A stretch of DNA of 64,000 nt from Eubacteriales bacterium (GTDB taxonomy: Bacteria; Bacillota; Clostridia; Oscillospirales; CAG-272): assembly GCA_045543615.1 (NCBI GenBank), contig JAZPXL010000018.1:19837-83836 (forward strand). Reading direction: 5' to 3'. The position numbers were made by a program, and so were the translations under genes. Under the pieces are notes generated by a model. It did not search any database and was not told where the DNA came from. It saw only the letters and a list, made by a program, of their open reading frames with translations. Position 1 is the stretch's first letter; every line of letters begins with the position of its first letter. Below, one piece after another: positions 1 to 9,636 of this stretch.

Positions 1-2
1 CA

Positions 3-566
3 AAGATAAAAGCTTTTGTCGGAGAGCTTGTGAAGAATGGAATTGAAGGCTACAAAGAACTTTATCCCGGCGTTCTTGTCGGACCGGAGACAACAATTCA
101 CCCATCGGCAACCATTGTTGGTCCTGCTGTTATCGGCGCAAATTGTGAAATCCGTCCATCTGCTTTTATAAGAGGTAATGTTTATATCGGCGACGGTAGC
201 GTTATTGGAAACTCAACTGAGCTTAAAAACGCCATTTTAATTCGCAAAGCACAAGTGCCGCATTTCAATTATGTCGGTGACTCGATTCTTGGTAGCTTTT
301 CGCATATGGGAGCAGGCAGTATTTGTTCTAACCTCAAATCAGACCAGAGTAATGTAATAGTCAGAGCGTCTACTCCAATTGACACAGGTATGAGAAAGCT
401 TGGCGCAATACTCGGCGACCACGTTGAGGTGGGTTGCAACTGCGTACTCAATCCCGGGTGTGTAATCTGTGGGGGTACTCGAGTTTATCCTCTCAATTCA
501 CTTCGAGGTGTTTTCCCCAAAAACTCTATTGTTAAATCCCTTACAGATGTAGTTGAGATCAATTAA
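3..566 (+). CDS. Hexapeptide-repeat (left-handed beta-helix) acetyltransferase, GlmU C-terminal-like; probably 5'-truncated by the window edge
   Basis: Frame is open from base 3; hexapeptide repeats; motifs HFNYVGDSILG and N.KSD...DTGMRKLGAILGD. Confidence 0.8.
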   Translation, partial: KIKAFVGELVKNGIEGYKELYPGVLVGPETTIHPSATIVGPAVIGANCEIRPSAFIRGNVYIGDGSVIGNSTELKNAILIRKAQVPHFNYVGDSILGSFSHMGAGSICSNLKSDQSNVIVRASTPIDTGMRKLGAILGDHVEVGCNCVLNPGCVICGGTRVYPLNSLRGVFPKNSIVKSLTDVVEIN

Positions 567-570
567 TACC

Positions 571-606
571 AAAACTCCGTTGACCGCAAGGTCAACGGAG
601 TTTTTT
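571..606. terminator. Bidirectional intrinsic terminator
   Basis: AAAACTCCGTTGAC-CGCAAG-GTCAACGGAGTTTTTT between convergent genes. Confidence 0.85.
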
Positions 607-609
607 CTA

Positions 610-1554
610 TTAGTTATCAAGATACTTGCGGAGGTAGTTAAGATAGTTACCACCAACAAACTTTTCAATGAGAGTTTCCGTGTATCCTCTCTGATACATA
701 TACTCGATCATCTGGTCGTGGATGGAAATTTCTCTGTCAATAGGATAGGGGAACTTTCCACTTGTACCATCAACATCGCCACCAAAACCAATATTATCGC
801 TTCCAAAGTGATCGATACAGTAGTCAAGGTGGTCAAACAATCTCTCGACTGTTCTGTTCTCGGGATTATCATCAACAAAAGGAGGGCAGAAATTAAGTCC
901 GATCATACCGTCGGATTCAACTATCTTTCTCGCCATATCATCTGTGAGGTTTCTTGAGTGCGAGCAAAGAGAACGGAAATTGGAGTGAGTAGCTATTACA
1001 GGCTTCTTACTGATCTCAACAAGATCCCAGAAACTCTGATCAGAAAGATGAGAACAGTCAAAGATCATTCCAAGCCTGTTGCCCTCTTCTACTATCATAC
1101 GTCCGATTTCGGTAAGGCCCGTGTCCTCCTCGCCCTCTTCAAGTCTGTTACTTTTAGCAAGGTTGTTGGTGAGCCAAGCAAGACCGAATACGCGAACTCC
1201 TATGTTGTAGAAATCGTTAAGAATCTTAACAGATCCCTTAACACCTGTTCCGCCTTCAACAGTCATAAGTGCAGCGTGCTTGTTTTCAGCAATAGCTCTT
1301 TCAATATCGGCGTAGGTGCGAACCTGGATAACGTTATCCTTTTCGGTCTCCATAGCCATACAGAAATGACCTATGTAACGTACAGCTCTTTTGTAACAAT
1401 GTTCCATATCGTCACCCGGCCAGGAGCAGAACATAGCAACGAACTGAAGCTGCTTGTACTTTGCGCTATAGTTGTGAGGGTTTACGAGAGGGTGCGTGCC
1501 ATTATCAACGCACTGGATGCTGTCACAATGTGAATCAACTACAAATAAGGACAT
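610..1554 (-). CDS. Membrane dipeptidase (peptidase M19 family)
   Basis: DSHCD, EGG, DCSH, THSN and GGDVDG motifs; start placed at the ATG after a GGAGG RBS. Confidence 0.9.
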   Translation of the reverse strand: MSLFVVDSHCDSIQCVDNGTHPLVNPHNYSAKYKQLQFVAMFCSWPGDDMEHCYKRAVRYIGHFCMAMETEKDNVIQVRTYADIERAIAENKHAALMTVEGGTGVKGSVKILNDFYNIGVRVFGLAWLTNNLAKSNRLEEGEEDTGLTEIGRMIVEEGNRLGMIFDCSHLSDQSFWDLVEISKKPVIATHSNFRSLCSHSRNLTDDMARKIVESDGMIGLNFCPPFVDDNPENRTVERLFDHLDYCIDHFGSDNIGFGGDVDGTSGKFPYPIDREISIHDQMIEYMYQRGYTETLIEKFVGGNYLNYLRKYLDN

Positions 1555-1577
1555 TTTTTGTACCTCCAAATAATAAA

Positions 1578-2807
1578 TTACATTTCAATAAACTCGAAGT
1601 AACCTTCTTCTTCGAGTTTGGTTTTCTGGAAATAGACATTCTTCATCTTGGTTGTTACGAGAACTCTTGCGCCCTCAGCACGAAGTGCCGAAGCACGAGC
1701 GTACATTTCAACCATATCCTCCTCACTCATATTGCGAGAAGCGAGGAAGGCAATGCTTCTGTCGGCTGCAGGAGGAACAAATCCCGAGTCAATAAGAGCC
1801 GAAACAATTCGCTCGAAACCAAGCGAGAAACCACAGGCAGGAACTTTCTGCCCAGAAAACTTGCCAAGCATTTCGTCATATCTTCCACCACCACCAACAG
1901 AATAGCCATATCCGTCCATCTGTATCTCAAAGATAGTGCCTGTATAATATGACATTCCACGCACAAGGGTAGGATCAAACGCGATCTTGCAGCCACCAAC
2001 AGTAGCAGCTGAAGCGCAACGCATAATAGTCGAAATATCTGCAGCAATTGCTGCGCCTGCTTCGCCAAGTGTTGAAACAAATGCGTTTATATCGATAGCT
2101 CCGTCGACGTCATATAGCGAAGTATACTTCTTAACAGTTTCCTCGGAATAACCCTCGGAAAGCATTTCTTGTCTTACGCCATCAATGCCAATCTTGTCCA
2201 TCTTGTCAAGAATGATAAACACACGGTCGTGCTCCTCTGCCGGAATATTACAGCTGTCAGCGCAAAGCTTCAGTAGCCTGCGATCGTTTATGCGAATTGT
2301 AAAGTTGTCGAAGCCGAGCTTGCGCAGAACTCCCGCAGTAGATGAAATAAGTGTGATCTCGGCGGTTTTTGTAGGATCTCCGAGAATATCAATATCGCAC
2401 TGTGTAAACTGACGGTATCTTCCCTTCTGTGGTCTGTCAGCACGCCAAACATTTCCAATCTGCATCGCAAGGAACGGCGAGGGAAGCTTTGCGCAATTAT
2501 TAGCGTAGTATCTTGAAAGTGGTACTGTCAGATCGTATCTGAGGCCACTGTCGCAAAGCTCAGCATCACTTCCGGCTGCCTCGGCGAGCTTCTCACCACG
2601 CTTCATAATCTTAAATATGAGTTTTTCGTTTTCTCCACCATTCTTTCCGGTGAGATTTTCAATATGCTCAACGCAAGGAGTTTCGATCATACAAAAGCCA
2701 CCTGCGCTGTATGCTTCTATAATGACCTTTTTTACATATTCACGAACGGCGACTTCAGTAGGAAGATAGTCGTTCATTCCCTTCGTTGGTGTTTTAATAA
2801 GTTTCAT
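1578..2807 (-). CDS. hisS: Histidine--tRNA ligase
   Basis: KGMND, LRYDLTVP, RADRPQKGRYRQFTQCD, LVRGMSYYTG and GGGRYD motifs. Confidence 0.97.
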   Translation of the reverse strand: MKLIKTPTKGMNDYLPTEVAVREYVKKVIIEAYSAGGFCMIETPCVEHIENLTGKNGGENEKLIFKIMKRGEKLAEAAGSDAELCDSGLRYDLTVPLSRYYANNCAKLPSPFLAMQIGNVWRADRPQKGRYRQFTQCDIDILGDPTKTAEITLISSTAGVLRKLGFDNFTIRINDRRLLKLCADSCNIPAEEHDRVFIILDKMDKIGIDGVRQEMLSEGYSEETVKKYTSLYDVDGAIDINAFVSTLGEAGAAIAADISTIMRCASAATVGGCKIAFDPTLVRGMSYYTGTIFEIQMDGYGYSVGGGGRYDEMLGKFSGQKVPACGFSLGFERIVSALIDSGFVPPAADRSIAFLASRNMSEEDMVEMYARASALRAEGARVLVTTKMKNVYFQKTKLEEEGYFEFIEM

Positions 2808-2818
2808 TTTTACCTCTG

Positions 2819-3529
2819 TTAGTCAAACTTAATTTTTGGATCTCTGAATTCAGCAAGTCTCTGTTCGTATGCGTTCATTGCTACGCCACGGTGCGCGGCG
2901 GTTGCCGTCTCGCCTGCAAGTGATATGAGATATTCGCAGAATATTGGATTTAAAGGAAGAATTGGTCCGAGTACGCTCGTTCCAAAGAAATTGTTCTTGA
3001 CAAATCCCTCAAGTTTGCTTTGACGGTTAAGTCCTATTCCTCTTTCCATCTCAATAAAAGCACAATCGCTATTATCTCCATAAATCATTGAGAACTGTGA
3101 GCGAAAGCCTGTGATGACGATGTCTTTGAATTTTCCAAGCACCTTGCCGTTATATCTGTCAAACCAATTAACAACGACATCAAAATCGAAAAGTCCAAGA
3201 CCTGAATATTCAATTTCAAGCGTTACATTTTTTATGTTCTTGCAGAACACCTCGCAAGCATTTCCCGTTGCCAGAAAAACCACTCCATCGTCTATAAGCT
3301 CTTTAATTCTTTCTGTGTGAGGACGAAGCTTTTCAATAACTCTCATCTGTATATCGTCACTCATCGAGCCTATAAGAATAATATCAGGGCGTGCACTTGG
3401 GAAATACATCTCTCCGTCAAGAGAAGAAGAAATAAACGTCGCCGTTGGGAGAGTTTGTCTTAAATAAGTCTCGTTCTGAGGATCTCCATAGAGATTGCAA
3501 ACCTCGCCGAATAATGTCTCAACAATCAT
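2819..3529 (-). CDS. GatD/CobQ-like glutamine amidotransferase subunit, catalytic residues apparently degenerate
   Basis: N-terminal NLYGD and C-terminal GP.LP.NP as in GatD; overlaps the murT-like gene by 4 bp. Confidence 0.75.
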   Translation of the reverse strand: MIVETLFGEVCNLYGDPQNETYLRQTLPTATFISSSLDGEMYFPSARPDIILIGSMSDDIQMRVIEKLRPHTERIKELIDDGVVFLATGNACEVFCKNIKNVTLEIEYSGLGLFDFDVVVNWFDRYNGKVLGKFKDIVITGFRSQFSMIYGDNSDCAFIEMERGIGLNRQSKLEGFVKNNFFGTSVLGPILPLNPIFCEYLISLAGETATAAHRGVAMNAYEQRLAEFRDPKIKFD

Positions 3530-4899
3530 TTTTCTTCACCTCCCATACGGATAAGCTCAGCTCTTATCTTATCCTTCTCGGCAAGCAGATAAGGATCGTA
3601 AAGAACAAATATATCTTTGTATTTGTTGCCATCAACAAGAGCGAGTCCACCCATCGGAGAATCTGCAAGCTTGATTTTTGATTCATCAACTCCTGCAAGA
3701 ACTGCTCTGAGCATCTGATCCTTGCATCTTGGGCCGGCGAAAATTATCTGGCCGACACTATCATCGCAAAGCGCGCTATAATCGCAGTCATAAATCCAAC
3801 AAACGCTCTCTGAGTTGCCTGTATTGTCCGACTTATCGTCAACCATAATATAAAGCAGCTTGTCCTTAGGTGGACAGCTTACAATATAGCTGTAAGCTCT
3901 TGCACAAGCAATTGGATTTTGTCCCTTTGCAAGCTGGAAAGTAATACTCAGGTCGCCTGATTTTACGGTATCAAAACGTGTTTGTACTATCTTTTGCTTT
4001 TCCATAGAAGCCTTTATCTGCTCAAAGGAAAGACCAAACTCAGACAGTAGGGCGATCGCTCCACAACAGTTATAAATATTGACTATATTATCGTTGATTA
4101 TCTTAAACTCCTCACTCAGACCATTGTAAGTGATAGTAAAAACATTGTTTGTATAATCAATATCCGAAACCTCATAATCGGGCGTGGGTGAAGAATACGT
4201 GCAAGAAGTGCACTTAAACCTTCCGATGTGGTTGTATCGAATATATTCGGGTTCGAGTCTGCTGCCGCAAACAGGACAGTAAACTATGTCTCGTGAGCTT
4301 GGAGCCGCTATTCCCTCGGGCTTATTTGCAGTCATACCGAAATAGGTGCGCAAATCATTTTGCTCAGCTACGGAACAACAAACAAGATCGTCAGCGTTAA
4401 GAATAACGTGGGTCTTTGGAGAAAGAGCCTTGTTAATGATATAAACTATAAAATCTGTATGCGCATTTCTCTTGAGAGAATCTCTCATTATATTGTTACA
4501 AACAAGATAATCGGGCGTCAGATAAGAATAAATCCTTATAGAGCTTCTCTCGTCAACCTCTAAAACAGCAATTTGCTTTTTGGGCTTACCTGTAAGCGTT
4601 GAATCTGTCAAAAGAGCGGTTGCAACTCCCGCCTGAACATTAGAACCGTAGCTATTATTCGTTACTGTATAACCACAGTCACGGAGAATATCAGCGATTA
4701 GATTACTTGTGGTAGTCTTACCGTTTGTTCCCGTTACGCAAATTAGTTTTTCGGGCATCGTAAGACCACCCAGAAAATCGGGACATAGCTTCAAAGCAAT
4801 AAATCCCGGAGTATATGAAGCCGGCTTACCAAGGATTTTGAGCGCAATCCGAGCAAGCTGCGCAACAAGCATCGCAAACAAAAATCTGATTCTTTTCAT
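3526..4899 (-). CDS. murT: MurT-like Mur ligase (lipid II isoglutaminyl synthase subunit-like)
   Basis: VTGTNGKTTT P-loop, EVDE, NADD, CxxC...CxxC zinc finger and WIYDCD motif; adjacent GatD-like gene. Confidence 0.8.
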   Translation of the reverse strand: MKRIRFLFAMLVAQLARIALKILGKPASYTPGFIALKLCPDFLGGLTMPEKLICVTGTNGKTTTSNLIADILRDCGYTVTNNSYGSNVQAGVATALLTDSTLTGKPKKQIAVLEVDERSSIRIYSYLTPDYLVCNNIMRDSLKRNAHTDFIVYIINKALSPKTHVILNADDLVCCSVAEQNDLRTYFGMTANKPEGIAAPSSRDIVYCPVCGSRLEPEYIRYNHIGRFKCTSCTYSSPTPDYEVSDIDYTNNVFTITYNGLSEEFKIINDNIVNIYNCCGAIALLSEFGLSFEQIKASMEKQKIVQTRFDTVKSGDLSITFQLAKGQNPIACARAYSYIVSCPPKDKLLYIMVDDKSDNTGNSESVCWIYDCDYSALCDDSVGQIIFAGPRCKDQMLRAVLAGVDESKIKLADSPMGGLALVDGNKYKDIFVLYDPYLLAEKDKIRAELIRMGGEEK

Positions 4900-4957
4900 T
4901 TTTACGTCTCTATACCAAAAAATTAATTTTCATTAATAATGTTAATTATTCTATATA

Positions 4958-4986
4958 ATAATAACTCAAAAGTACTCAAAAGTCAA
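4958..4986 (-). promoter_or_regulatory. Sigma-A-type promoter for the murT-gatD-hisS run
   Basis: TTGACT-17bp-TATTAT on the minus strand. Confidence 0.6.
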
Positions 4987-5063
4987 GTAAAAATTGATAT
5001 TTCGTTTTATTTAGATGATTTTAATTTTTACCGATAATTAATTATTGACTTGTGAGTTGATAT

Positions 5064-5585
5064 TTAGCTTTTAATCCGTTTTCTTTTAAAAGTTTTCTTA
5101 AGTTCAAGTACGCGTCTCTCTTTATTTAACGAAAAGATCGCATCCCGTCCATCATCTCCAATTGCCCATACCTCAGTGCGTCTCAGAAAAAGCGCCGATG
5201 CAGGTGGAGGAACAAATCCATCTTTATTAAATACAGCCGAAAGCATCTTATGCTCAACTTGACTTGCATTTTTAATAACTGAAAAACAAATCACAAATGA
5301 TGCGATATCATTAGAAGAGAAAGTTTGTTTTATATTAAGCATCGCCTCATAAGGACTAAAACGCTCTCCCGAATAAATGCTTACATTGTATTCATTCTTA
5401 GCACTTTCAAACAAACTCCCGCTAATCAAAGACTTGATTTTTCCTGTTATTATTTCAAAATATTTTTGTATATATACGTTTTCTTCTCCTGAAACAATTT
5501 TTACTCTGTCAAGCTTGCACCTGATAACGCTCCTGCCATCAAAAGCTGACAATCTGTATCTCTCTTCCTTGATTTCGTATTCCAT
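5064..5585 (-). CDS. Hypothetical protein
   Basis: 173-codon ORF, AT-rich, with GGAGGTG RBS before the ATG at 5585. Confidence 0.65.
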   Translation of the reverse strand: MEYEIKEERYRLSAFDGRSVIRCKLDRVKIVSGEENVYIQKYFEIITGKIKSLISGSLFESAKNEYNVSIYSGERFSPYEAMLNIKQTFSSNDIASFVICFSVIKNASQVEHKMLSAVFNKDGFVPPPASALFLRRTEVWAIGDDGRDAIFSLNKERRVLELKKTFKRKRIKS

Positions 5586-5643
5586 TTTAACACCTCCAAG
5601 CATTTTAGACAGTAAAACTTACGCAAGCAATTATTTGTTTATT

Positions 5644-5676
5644 CTTAAAACAACGGCTCGCCGAAGGCGAGCCGTT
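5644..5676 (-). terminator. GC-rich hairpin, likely terminator after the 20-aa ORF
   Basis: AACGGCTCGCC-TTC-GGCGAGCCGTT followed by GTTTTAAG. Confidence 0.65.
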
Positions 5677-5687
5677 ATATTCATATA

Positions 5688-5750
5688 TTATATGTCACGG
5701 ACTGCGTACACAGTTGGATATGTCTTAAACATTTTTAGAAATCCACTCAT
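5688..5750 (-). CDS. Putative 20-aa small protein or leader peptide, MSGFLKMFKTYPTVYAVRDI
   Basis: ATG preceded by GGAG; consensus promoter upstream; hairpin immediately downstream; too short for the ORF track. Confidence 0.55.
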   Translation of the reverse strand: MSGFLKMFKTYPTVYAVRDI

Positions 5751-5776
5751 CTATATTTATCTCCGTTTTTAATTTT

Positions 5777-5836
5777 AGTATAACACGAAAGTATTTTGCT
5801 GTCAACCTTGACAAAGCTAAAAAATGATGATAGAAT
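5777..5836. promoter_or_regulatory. Back-to-back divergent sigma-A promoters
   Basis: Minus strand TTGACA(5805-5800)-17-TATACT(5782-5777); plus strand TTGACA(5808-5813)-17-TAGAAT(5831-5836). Confidence 0.8.
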
Positions 5837-5862
5837 TTAGTAAAACTGCATTAGAGGTTATT

Positions 5863-6816
5863 ATGGTTTTATTTTATATTTTAATAACAATTCTATCCGT
5901 TGCTCTCATCTTGCTTTTAGCTGCTACAATAGCTGCAAACGTACTTATAAATTTATGCTTCAAGCGTGTAAACGATGATGATCGGCTGAAATATCTTGAC
6001 GATCTTGAACAAAGCGGCGTTGACACTTCATCGATAAAAGAGGGGCAGGCTTGGCTTGGCTCGCAAGACATTGAAGAACATTACATTATTTCCCGAGATG
6101 GTCTGCGTCTTTATGCAAGCTTTCTTCGCTCAAAGGATGAAAACAGCAAAAAGCTTGCAGTTCTCGTTCACGGTTATCAAGGTTCATCCGATTCTTTTGC
6201 GAATGTTGCTCGATTCTACTACGAAAATGGCTTTTCAATTCTCTTTCCCGATGGCCGTACTCACGGAAAAAGCGAAGGGGAATATATAACCTTTGGCGCA
6301 TTTGAAAGATATGATGTCGTTGATTGGGTAAAATATGCAGATAATATGCTCGGTGGAGATTGTAAAATCTTACTGAGTGGAGTTTCTATGGGAACCACAA
6401 CTGCGCTGCTTGCGGCCGCAGAGCCGGATATGCCGCAACTCAGATATATCACAGCGGATTGTGGTTATACCGATCCAAAAGGAATATTCAAGGATGTTCT
6501 AAAAAGCAGGTACCATCTTCCTTCCTTCCCGATGATGAATATTGCAAGGGGTATATTAAAAAAGAAAGCAAGATTTGATTACTGCTCATTCTCTACCCTT
6601 GAATCAGTACGCAAACTTAAAGCTCCTGTAACATTTATTCACGGCGAAGCTGACGATTTCGTAAATATAAAAAATACTTATGAAAATTACGAAGCGTGTA
6701 ATACCGAAAAGGTATTAATCTCAGTTCCGGGAGCAGGACACGGGACAGCTTACATAACAGACAAAATACGTATTGATGCAGAACTTCAGCGTATCGTTTC
6801 GACATACTTCAATTAA
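5863..6816 (+). CDS. Membrane-anchored alpha/beta hydrolase (YqkD-like)
   Basis: N-terminal TM helix; HGY, GVSMG nucleophile, HGEADDFV and GAGH; start after GAGG. Confidence 0.9.
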   Translation: MVLFYILITILSVALILLLAATIAANVLINLCFKRVNDDDRLKYLDDLEQSGVDTSSIKEGQAWLGSQDIEEHYIISRDGLRLYASFLRSKDENSKKLAVLVHGYQGSSDSFANVARFYYENGFSILFPDGRTHGKSEGEYITFGAFERYDVVDWVKYADNMLGGDCKILLSGVSMGTTTALLAAAEPDMPQLRYITADCGYTDPKGIFKDVLKSRYHLPSFPMMNIARGILKKKARFDYCSFSTLESVRKLKAPVTFIHGEADDFVNIKNTYENYEACNTEKVLISVPGAGHGTAYITDKIRIDAELQRIVSTYFN

Positions 6817-6818
6817 AC

Positions 6819-6849
6819 AAAAAGCCTTCCGACTCGGAAGGCTTTTGTT
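6819..6849. terminator. Bidirectional intrinsic terminator
   Basis: AAAAGCCTTCCGA-C-TCGGAAGGCTTTT between convergent genes. Confidence 0.8.
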
Positions 6850-6864
6850 GTTATATCGTATATA

Positions 6865-8094
6865 TTAGAATGCCCAGTTGCCGTTTCTGAAGACGGGAAC
6901 GGTTTTACCGTCAGAGCAGATTGCGTCAATACAAAGATCCTCAGAGCCAATCATAAAGTCAACGTGGATCATAGAGTCATTGATGCCCATCTCTCTGCAC
7001 TCATCAAGTGTGTACTTGCCGTAGTCACGGATGCAATTTGCAAAGCCTGCGCCAAGAGCGAGGTGACAGCAAGCGTTCTCATCAAAGAGAGTGTTGAAGA
7101 ATGTCAGACCGGAATTGCGGATGGGTGAATCGTAGGGCACAAGAGCTACCTCACCAAGATAAGCTGCACCCTCGTCCATAGATACCATCTGCTCAAGCAG
7201 CTCTTCGTTCTTCTCTGCGTGAACCTCGACAACCTTACCGCCTTCAAATCTTACGCTGAAGTTTTCGATAAGCTGTCCACGATAAGAAAGAGGACGTGTA
7301 GCAAAAACAGTACCCTCAGCAAGTCCTCTCATAGGAGTTGTAAAGCATTCCTCGGAGGGAATATTGGGATTAAATTCAATGCCTGATCCAAGAGCTTCCT
7401 CGCTACCGCCAAGGAAGTCAGCGTTTGAAATAAGACCCACTGTAAAGTCTGTTCCGTTAGAAGATGTATAATGAAGCTCCTTGATACCAAGAGAATTGAG
7501 GTAAGCACACTTAGCCTTAAGGTTTGCGTTGTGCTCTGTCCAGCTTTCGACAGGATCATCGCCATCAGCTCTTGCGGTATAAAGAATAGCTTCCCAAAGC
7601 TTCTCGATAGCCTTGTTCTTTGTTTCGCCTGGGAACATCTTCTTAGCCCACTTTTCACCGGGAATAGCGGCAATAACCCACTGATACTTGTTTTCCATTT
7701 TGTCACGGAAGGGCTTGATGATAGGATATATAGCCTGCTGTGACTTCATCATCTTCATCTGGTTGATGCCAGCAAGTCCATCGGGATCATCAGATTCAAT
7801 ATAGATCATTACAGGAAGAGTCTCGGCTCTATGCTCAAATCTTTCAATCTGCCACTTTTCAAGTGTAGAAAGTGTGCGAATGCTACAGAAACGATAGTGA
7901 GCCTTTGTAAGAGGCTGATAGCTCCACTCAACAATTACCTTTCCTGCTCCTGCCTTATAGCATTCCTCAACAAGAATTTTTACGAATTCGGGGTTTTCTA
8001 CGGAAGCATATACCATAACTTCCTGACCCTTCTGAATGTTTGCACCCTTGACGGCAATCAAGTTTGCGTACTTTTTCATTATTGTCTTTTTCAT
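6865..8094 (-). CDS. Aminopeptidase (M29, AmpS/AmpT family)
   Basis: PNIPSEECFT, GEVALV, LFDENACCHLALG and NDSMIHVDFMIG motifs. Confidence 0.93.
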   Translation of the reverse strand: MKKTIMKKYANLIAVKGANIQKGQEVMVYASVENPEFVKILVEECYKAGAGKVIVEWSYQPLTKAHYRFCSIRTLSTLEKWQIERFEHRAETLPVMIYIESDDPDGLAGINQMKMMKSQQAIYPIIKPFRDKMENKYQWVIAAIPGEKWAKKMFPGETKNKAIEKLWEAILYTARADGDDPVESWTEHNANLKAKCAYLNSLGIKELHYTSSNGTDFTVGLISNADFLGGSEEALGSGIEFNPNIPSEECFTTPMRGLAEGTVFATRPLSYRGQLIENFSVRFEGGKVVEVHAEKNEELLEQMVSMDEGAAYLGEVALVPYDSPIRNSGLTFFNTLFDENACCHLALGAGFANCIRDYGKYTLDECREMGINDSMIHVDFMIGSEDLCIDAICSDGKTVPVFRNGNWAF

Positions 8095-8276
8095 AGTTCC
8101 AAACCTTTCGAAAAAATATTTTCTGAATAATAAAGTCATTATATCACAAAAAATTGCAGATTTCAATATCCGTGACTGTAAATAAGAGACTTTTTTATTC
8201 AATTTTTTGTTTTATACTTGAAGATAAGTATTGTTTGATGTATAATATTATCATTAAACAAAGCAGAGGAATTATT

Positions 8277-9410
8277 ATGTTAACTTATGTTGCCACTTGT
8301 ATGTTTGGGCTTGAAAAACTTCTTGGCGAAGAGATAGACGCACTTGGGCTTAAGAGAACTTTAACTATGGATGGTCGTGTTTTTTTCACAGGAAGCGAAA
8401 GTGATTGCGCACGTGCTAATGTCAATCTCAGGGTTGCTGAAAGAGTGTATATTCTTGTAGGCGAGCCATTTGAGGCCAAAACCTTTGATGAGCTTTTTGA
8501 GGGGTGCCGTGCACTCCCTTGGGATAACTTCATCAACAAAAACGACGCTTTCCCCGTAAGTGGACATTCAATAAAAAGCGCACTTACATCAATCCCGGAT
8601 TGCCAGAAGATACTGAAGAAAGCAATTGCCGTAACCATCGGAGAGAAATATGGTATTGTAAGACTTCCCGAAGACGGTTACGTGTGCAAAATAGAATTCT
8701 TCATATTCAAAGATGTAGCGCATCTTATGATTGACACGTCAGGAGTCGCTCTTCACAAAAGAGGCTATCGCCCTGTTGCTAATGCAGCTCCTCTCAGAGA
8801 AACACTCGCAGCTGCAATGGCTATGACTGCAAGAATAAGGCCTGATATCTTTTTATGGGATCCATTCTGTGGCTCAGGAACGATCTCCATCGAAGCGGCA
8901 ATGATTGCAACAAACAGAGCTCCCGGTCTAAACCGACATTTCTCAGGCGAAGGACTTGTTGCTCTGCCCGTTAACACTTGGTCAAAAGCAAAAGAAGAGG
9001 CTCAAGGAAAAATTGTTATGGATTCCGTTTACAGAGGTTACGGAACCGACATCGATCCGGATTGCATAGAAACAGCCAAAATCAATGCAAAGCGCGCAGG
9101 TGTGCTCAGTCACGTAAAATTCTTTGTCGCTGATGCCCAAAAAATTAAGAAGCCTGAGTTTAATTGTAAAGGCAGTATAATCTGCAATCCGCCTTACGGC
9201 GAGCGTATGATGAGTATGAGGGATGCAGAAAATCTGTATCGCAATATCGGCCGTTGCTTTGCTGAGTTTGAGCCGTGGCAAATTTATGTACTGACATCCT
9301 GCGAATACTTCGAGCGACTCTACGGACGACGTGCCGACAAAGTAAGGAAGCTGTACAATGGCACCATTCCTGCATTCCTCTATCAGTTTTACAAACCTCG
9401 CAATAGATAA
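8277..9410 (+). CDS. THUMP-domain rRNA m2G methyltransferase (RlmL/YpsC-like)
   Basis: LHKRGYR, APLRETLAA, DPFCGSGT and NPPYGER motifs. Confidence 0.92.
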   Translation: MLTYVATCMFGLEKLLGEEIDALGLKRTLTMDGRVFFTGSESDCARANVNLRVAERVYILVGEPFEAKTFDELFEGCRALPWDNFINKNDAFPVSGHSIKSALTSIPDCQKILKKAIAVTIGEKYGIVRLPEDGYVCKIEFFIFKDVAHLMIDTSGVALHKRGYRPVANAAPLRETLAAAMAMTARIRPDIFLWDPFCGSGTISIEAAMIATNRAPGLNRHFSGEGLVALPVNTWSKAKEEAQGKIVMDSVYRGYGTDIDPDCIETAKINAKRAGVLSHVKFFVADAQKIKKPEFNCKGSIICNPPYGERMMSMRDAENLYRNIGRCFAEFEPWQIYVLTSCEYFERLYGRRADKVRKLYNGTIPAFLYQFYKPRNR

Positions 9411-9445
9411 AAAAATGCCCTTGTCAAAAAGACAAGGGCATTTTT
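9411..9445. terminator. Bidirectional terminator between the methyltransferase gene and the tRNA
   Basis: AAAAATGCCCTTGTC-AAAAA-GACAAGGGCATTTTT. Confidence 0.85.
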
Positions 9446-9520
9446 GGAGCTGCTAGTCAGAGTCGAACTGACGACCTCATCCTTACCAAGGATGTGCTCT
9501 ACCAACTGAGCCATAGCAGC
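9445..9520 (-). tRNA. tRNA-Thr (anticodon GGT)
   Basis: 76-nt cloverleaf GCTGCTATGGCTCAGTTGGTAGAGCACATCCTTGGTAAGGATGAGGTCGTCAGTTCGACTCTGACTAGCAGCTCCA with TTCGA loop and CCA end. Confidence 0.97.
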
Positions 9521-9540
9521 ATTTATGCGACACAGTTGAT

Positions 9541-9569
9541 ATTATACCAAAACGAACTTAATTTGTCAA
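9541..9569 (-). promoter_or_regulatory. Consensus sigma-A promoter of tRNA-Thr
   Basis: TTGACA-17bp-TATAAT. Confidence 0.85.
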
Positions 9570-9636
9570 TAGCTTTTTGCAATTTTTTTAACAAAAAACA
9601 AAATACAAGTGGTAAAATTATTAGTATATTACTTAA

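Noticed and set aside
9445..9520. tRNA-Thr as an integration site
   Set aside because: No duplicated tRNA 3' end or integrase was seen, and the flanks look like core genes.
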